Assembly: GCA_964603995.1 (NCBI GenBank)
Contig: CAZRXH010000006.1
Location: 1-61,404 of the forward strand
Source of the DNA: an uncultured Bacteroidota bacterium
GTDB lineage: Bacteria; Bacteroidota; Ignavibacteria; Kryptoniales; JAKASW01
Reading direction: 5' to 3'
DNA: 61,404 bases
Position numbers and translations under genes: made by a program. Below are positions 59,355 through 61,404 of the stretch, one piece after another. A model generated the notes under the pieces. That model saw only the letters and a list, made by a program, of their open reading frames with translations. It did no database searches and had not been told where the DNA came from. Position 1 is the stretch's first letter. Every line of letters starts with the position of its first letter.

Positions 59355-61190
59355 ATGAGTAAGACGATTGAAACTTTAGATGATGTGGTGATACGATTCG
59401 CCGGCGATTCGGGTGACGGTATGCAGTTGACCGGCATGCAGTTCACTAACACAACTGCCATGGTCGGCAACGACCTGAGCACTCTTCCCGACTATCCGGC
59501 GGAGATAAGGGCTCCTGCCGGCACGCTGTTTGGCGTCTCGAGTTTTCAGCTGCACTTTTCGAGTTGGGATATCCTGACTCCCGGAGACCATCCTGATGTT
59601 CTCGTTGCGATGAACCCCGCTGCGCTGAAAGTACATCTCAAGGATCTGAAAAAAGGCGGTGTCATAGTCGCGAACATCGATTCGTTCGATGACAAGAACC
59701 TTGGCCTTGCGGGATATGAGACAAGCCCATTGGGCGATGAATCTCTTCTTGATTATCAAGTAATCGAAGTCCCGATCACCAAGCTTACATTAAATGCACT
59801 TCAGGGGACAGGATTGTCGCAGAAGGAAATGGTTCGTTGCAAGAACTTCTTTGCTCTCGGCCTGATGTACTGGATGTACTCGCGTCCGTTGGATCCTACC
59901 GAAGGGTGGATAAAAGAGAAGTTTGGAAAGGAACCGAAGATAGCGGAAGCCAACGACAAGGCTCTGAAAGCAGGCTATTACTATGGCGAGTCGACGGAAG
60001 CTTTCGCTGCGCGGTTTGAAGTCAAGCCTGCACAGCTTAAACCCGGTCTCTACCGGAACATCACGGGCAACGAAGCGACTGCACTCGGCGTTGTTGCGGC
60101 AGCACAGAAGTCCGGCATCCCTCTGTACTATGCCAGCTACCCAATCACTCCCGCCAGCGAAATTCTCCACAATCTGTCGGGTTACAAGAATTTCAACGTG
60201 AAGACATATCAGGCGGAAGACGAAATCGCGGCGGCAGGTGCGGCGGTCGGTGCATCTTATGCCGGAAACCTGGCAGTCACCGGAACAAGCGGTCCCGGTG
60301 CGGCATTGAAATCCGAGACGATCAGTCTTGCCATTATGCTCGAACTTCCGCTAGTCATAGTGGATGTTCAGCGCGGCGGACCTTCAACCGGTCTGCCGAC
60401 CAAGACAGAGCAATCCGATCTGATGTTCGTTACATATGGACGTCACGGTGAAGCTCCGGCGCCGGTAATCGCGGCTGCCACGCCCGCAGACTGTTTCCAC
60501 ATGGCGTACGAGGCGGCAAGAATAGCTGTGAAATATATGACCCCGGTCTATCTCCTGACTGACGGCTACCTTGCCAATGGAAGCGAGCCCTGGCTCGTCC
60601 CCGATGCCAAGGACCTGCCTGCAATCCCGGTTCACTTCAGGACGGATCCCGAGAACTTCAATCCGTACTCGAGGAATGAGAACAACGTGCGTCCATGGGC
60701 GCTGCCCGGAACTCCGGGGCTCGAACACCGAATCGGCGGCCTCGAAAAAGCCAATATCACGGGCAACGTCAGCTATGATCCCGACAACCACGATTTCATG
60801 GTTCACCTCAGAGCCGAGAAGGTGAAAGGAATCGAGAAGGACATCCCCCTGCAGGATGTCTACGGCGAACAAAGCGGTGAACTGCTCGTCATAAGCTGGG
60901 GAGGTACTTTCGGAGTGGTTCGCTCGACGGTTGACAGAATGCGCAAGAACGGATATAAGGTATCACACGCGCATCTGCGCTATCTGAATCCATTCCCACG
61001 GAACCTCGGCGATGTCCTTAAGAGCTTCAAGACTATCTTCGTGCCGGAGATAAACCTCGGTCAGCTCTCGAAGCTTATCAGAACCGAATACCTGATTCCC
61101 GTGGTTCAATACAACAAAGTCAGAGGTCTTCCTATCCGGTCGGCTGAACTTGAAGAAGCAATTAAAGATGCATTAGGAGGTGTTAAGTAA
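59355..61190 (+). CDS. korA: 2-oxoacid:ferredoxin oxidoreductase alpha subunit
   Basis: [45 protein letters not shown]. Confidence 0.93.
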   Translation: MSKTIETLDDVVIRFAGDSGDGMQLTGMQFTNTTAMVGNDLSTLPDYPAEIRAPAGTLFGVSSFQLHFSSWDILTPGDHPDVLVAMNPAALKVHLKDLKKGGVIVANIDSFDDKNLGLAGYETSPLGDESLLDYQVIEVPITKLTLNALQGTGLSQKEMVRCKNFFALGLMYWMYSRPLDPTEGWIKEKFGKEPKIAEANDKALKAGYYYGESTEAFAARFEVKPAQLKPGLYRNITGNEATALGVVAAAQKSGIPLYYASYPITPASEILHNLSGYKNFNVKTYQAEDEIAAAGAAVGASYAGNLAVTGTSGPGAALKSETISLAIMLELPLVIVDVQRGGPSTGLPTKTEQSDLMFVTYGRHGEAPAPVIAAATPADCFHMAYEAARIAVKYMTPVYLLTDGYLANGSEPWLVPDAKDLPAIPVHFRTDPENFNPYSRNENNVRPWALPGTPGLEHRIGGLEKANITGNVSYDPDNHDFMVHLRAEKVKGIEKDIPLQDVYGEQSGELLVISWGGTFGVVRSTVDRMRKNGYKVSHAHLRYLNPFPRNLGDVLKSFKTIFVPEINLGQLSKLIRTEYLIPVVQYNKVRGLPIRSAELEEAIKDALGGVK

Positions 61191-61404
61191 TGGCTACGTC
61201 AAATGGAAATGGTGAAGTTCAGACAAAGAAATACACGGCGAAAGATTTCGCGTCGGATCAGGATGTAAGATGGTGTCCAGGTTGCGGCGACTACTCGATC
61301 CTCGCCCAGGTTCAGAGAATCCTTCCAGAGCTCGACACGCCGAAGGAAAAGCAAATCTTTATTTCAGGCATCGGCTGCTCAAGCCGGTTCCCTTATTACA
61401 TGAA
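61190..61404 (+). CDS. korB: 2-oxoacid:ferredoxin oxidoreductase beta subunit (partial, runs off the window)
   Basis: WCPGCGDY, SGIGCSSRFPYY; ATG overlaps the korA stop. Confidence 0.92.
   Translation, partial: MATSNGNGEVQTKKYTAKDFASDQDVRWCPGCGDYSILAQVQRILPELDTPKEKQIFISGIGCSSRFPYYM

Overview
A 61.4 kb bacterial chromosomal window, mostly housekeeping and regulatory genes. The PorV-family (T9SS) gene and overall gene content suggest the Bacteroidota/Ignavibacteria/Kryptonia group (inference). Core content: tRNA-Glu, tRNA-Gln, purF, pgsA-like, ftsY, mutL, aspS, maeB, two lon paralogues, dnaX, prs-rplY-pth-rpsF-ssb-rpsR-rplI, ccdA and korA/korB. It also has two ECF sigma/anti-sigma modules, an Rsb-type partner-switching cluster, an SxtJ/carbamoyltransferase/SxtK-like cassette, a chaperone-usher-like pilus locus whose usher carries three SPOR domains, and a truncated nirK. 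The most unusual signals are small-scale. (1) A GIY-YIG nuclease gene sits between tRNA-Gln and a second tRNA-Gln copy whose D-arm, anticodon arm and T-loop have each been replaced or invaded by short palindromes. (2) A 22-nt double mini-hairpin (stem4-GAA/AAA-stem4 + stem4-TTC-stem4) occurs three times with covarying stems, once nested inside another copy. (3) A DUF433/PIN-like toxin-antitoxin pair is inserted at a duplicated dnaX 5' end, and the old 5' end survives as a coupling mini-ORF. (4) dnaX has an A9 slippage site. (5) Two copies of a MITE-like element with terminal inverted repeats. (6) rpsF can only start at a non-canonical CTG/ATT codon. All family assignments come from motif recognition by eye; no searches were run.
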